A stretch of 64,000 nucleotides of DNA, from assembly GCA_963755715.1 (NCBI GenBank), contig CAVWLW010000051.1, positions 56,240 through 120,239 of the forward strand, given 5' to 3'. Within the stretch, counting starts at the first letter, position 1. Every line of letters begins with the position of its first letter. This document shows, in pieces, positions 61,569 through 64,000 of this stretch. The translations under genes were made by a program, and so were the position numbers. The stretch comes from an uncultured delta proteobacterium. Lineage in GTDB: Bacteria > Desulfobacterota > Binatia > UBA9968. The notes under the pieces are model-generated. The model did not search any database. It was not told the origin of the DNA and saw only the letters and a list, made by a program, of their open reading frames with translations.

Positions 61569-64000
61569 TTAGGCACTAGCTTCCTTAAAAAAACTGATTC
61601 TCCACACTCCATCTTGATCCAACGTGAAGAGAACCATATATGACACATTTCCTTCAGGACCATCGTTCATCACCATCTCGTATTCGACCTCCAAACCTTT
61701 TGTCGTCTGGTAAGTGATATTACCAGGAAGCATTTGATCGATGGACTAGAATGGAATCGTGAGGTTATTAAAGACCGTCTGATACGACGCTCTCTTATTC
61801 ATAACAATGTAGCTCGCCGCGACGGCGGTGTTGCCGCTTCGTAAAGCATTCTTCATTCCGTCCCACTTGACCCTTAAAACAACATCAAGTTGAGCGTTGT
61901 CTACAATCTGAACGATGGCGAAGTCCATATACACCGAACTGTCAGCATGCGTAACCTTGACGGTAGGGAAATAGATCCCCGGCTCGGCAAATGTGACGCT
62001 CAATCCGTCGAGCGTCGTCCCGGTGAAATCAATCGTCCCGTCACCATTGGCATCCAGTTGTATCTGAGAAATCTCATTGATGCTCACCAAGGAAAATGCA
62101 ACGGGTTCCGATACTAGCGCAATTGCTGGAGTTGATCGAAAGGTCAAAACAGGCTCGCTGGTCGGCAATTGCGGCGTAACGGCACCGCATCGCCGGCAAT
62201 CAAGTTTCCAGTGGTATTCTTCAGCGTCGCCGTCAACATCGTCGTTTGCGAATCAATCGGAACAAACGTGCGAGAACTCGTCGCCATCCTGAAGGGCGAC
62301 GTATCCGTTGACCGTAATACCAACTTCCGAAGCGAGGGACGTGTCAAAATGTCCCGTCACCAATACGCTGAAATCGCTTACGGTGGCGCCTGCTACCGGT
62401 GTTTGCACGGCAATACCGAAGTTGAGGCTTAGATCGACGGTAGTCGTATTTCCACTGCTAACAATAACGCTATTGAGCATTTGCGGCACAAGCCCCGCGA
62501 AGGAGGCGCGGACTGTGTAAGTGCCCGTGGCTAGTCCGGTGGTCGAGTAATTGCCCGACGAATTGGTAACCGCCGTGCCCCTGAGCGCGGTGCCCTGGAA
62601 TGCTTCCACCAGCGCACCGGTGATCGTCGCCCCATTGCTGACGCGCGTAATGACACCGGCGATTATTCCTGTACCGGTCGGCGACGTGATGTTGAAAGGA
62701 TTGCTGATGGCGCTCGTAAGGCCGGCGGCGGAAGCCGTAAGCGTATAGCCGTTACCTGGCTGATTGATACTCAGCGCTGGGAAGCTAACGCTCGCATTCG
62801 AAGTCACGGTCATGTTGCCGCTAAGAGTTCCAGCACCGGGGTTGGTCCCGATTGCGATGCTGATCGAGTGGGTCGAGGACGTGACGGTATTGCCAGCATT
62901 GTCTTGTACCGTGACCGTTGGCGGCCCGGGAATTGTGCTCTTGGCTGCGGCGTTTCCTGGCTGAGTGGTAAAGGCGAGTCGAGCTGCGGCACCAGGAGAA
63001 ACAGTGAACGGAGCAGTATCTCCCGCAATCAGTGTGTCGCCACTGGTGCGCGCGGCGGTAAGCACTACGCCGCTCTCGGCTTTGGTATAGGTCGCTAAGC
63101 CAATCGTTACCTGGCTGGTTCCCGCAAAATCGTACCGCTGAGCGTTCCACCTAGCGTTCCCGTGCCGGTCTTAACGCTCACGGTTATCGCGGTATTGCTT
63201 GATACGTTGGTAGCAACTCCCGACGGTGATCTGGACTCTACAACCATCGAGAAGCCAGGTGTTCCCGCGGTTATATTTTGATTGACCGATATCGCAAGCT
63301 TGTTAATAGCCGCAGTAACAGTGACCGCGTTACTCGTCGCGATCCGAGTATAGGTATCATTTGGCAGAAGTCTGAACTCATAAGTGCCCGGCGGTCGGGA
63401 CGATGAAATGGGAAACGAACAGGAGCCGGATGCGACTGGAACGCTTGGCGAGGGGCTACAATTGACATACAGCCAATAAGGTATGGAAGTGTCGCTGCTT
63501 CCGGGAGCATATAACCCAATCCAATCTCTGTTAGTTGCATTGGGAATCTGCCCCATGTACGGTAAATGAATCACCTGCAGACACTGACGTTGGCGTGGCG
63601 GACAAGGTGACAGACGAAGAGTGACGTTAAACGCGGTGCTCGTCACACTTGTAAGCCCGAAGAGGCGGCTGACAGAGTGTAGCCGGTTCCCAGTTGAGTG
63701 ATGCTGAGATCCGTGAAAACTGCGACACCGGAACTTGCATTCCTCGTCGTTGTCCCGGTTAACACGCCGCTTCCCGGATTCGATGCGATTGCGGCAGTTA
63801 TCGAAGCTGTGGAAGACGTGATGGTGTTTCCAAAACCGTCTTGGACGACAATCGTAGGAGGGCCTGACAATGCGCCTCCCGCGCCCGCGTTGCCGGGCTG
63901 CACCGAAAAAGCGAGTTTGTTTGCCGCTCCCGCGCTGACATTGAATGCACTACTCGTTGCCCCTGTCAGGCCTGTGGCTGAAGCAGCCAGGGTATAGCCG
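61569..64000 (-). CDS. 3' part of a large Ig-repeat surface protein (invasin-like repeats, DWIGLY domain, carboxypeptidase-regulatory-like domain, PKD-like domain, C-terminal alpha/beta domain), frameshifted, 5' end outside the window
   Basis: Repeats LAFxxQPGNA...VQD.xGNT.TSS...GYTLxA; DWIGLY...PGTYEFRL; GALVEAF...SSGNYS..GTYTVRAS; DANGDG...PGIYFPTVKV; KWDGMKNAL...DQDGVWRISFF. Confidence 0.85.

Overview
Bacterial chromosomal window, GC-rich over about 1-52,190 and visibly more AT-rich over about 52,200-64,000. Gene content and style (many solute-binding proteins, cupins, amidohydrolases, GMC oxidoreductases) suggest an uncultured soil Deltaproteobacteria-like organism such as Ca. Binatia; this is inference only. 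No rRNA, tRNA or CRISPR array was seen. More than a dozen genes are split by single-base indels, most likely long-read consensus errors. Main content: (i) an EutA-family ATPase with no EutBC, a hidden 58-aa ORF, two tandem heme-oxygenase-like diiron enzymes and a bicupin; (ii) an aromatic-rich type IV pilin; (iii) a minus-strand GMC/VOC/GH63/NTT-like/MsrP-like cluster; (iv) mixed stress and metabolic genes, several behind sigma-54-like promoters; (v) a terminal island with a RAYT HUH transposase bounded by 26-bp inverted repeats, orphan small proteins, an IS3 scar, and a module of a large Ig-repeat surface protein, a secreted PLC/P1-nuclease-fold enzyme and three small membrane proteins. The best candidates for an undescribed system are the Ig-stalk/P1-PLC/membrane-protein module and the EutA-HDO-HDO-cupin cluster. 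All family calls come from motif recognition by eye, not from database searches.
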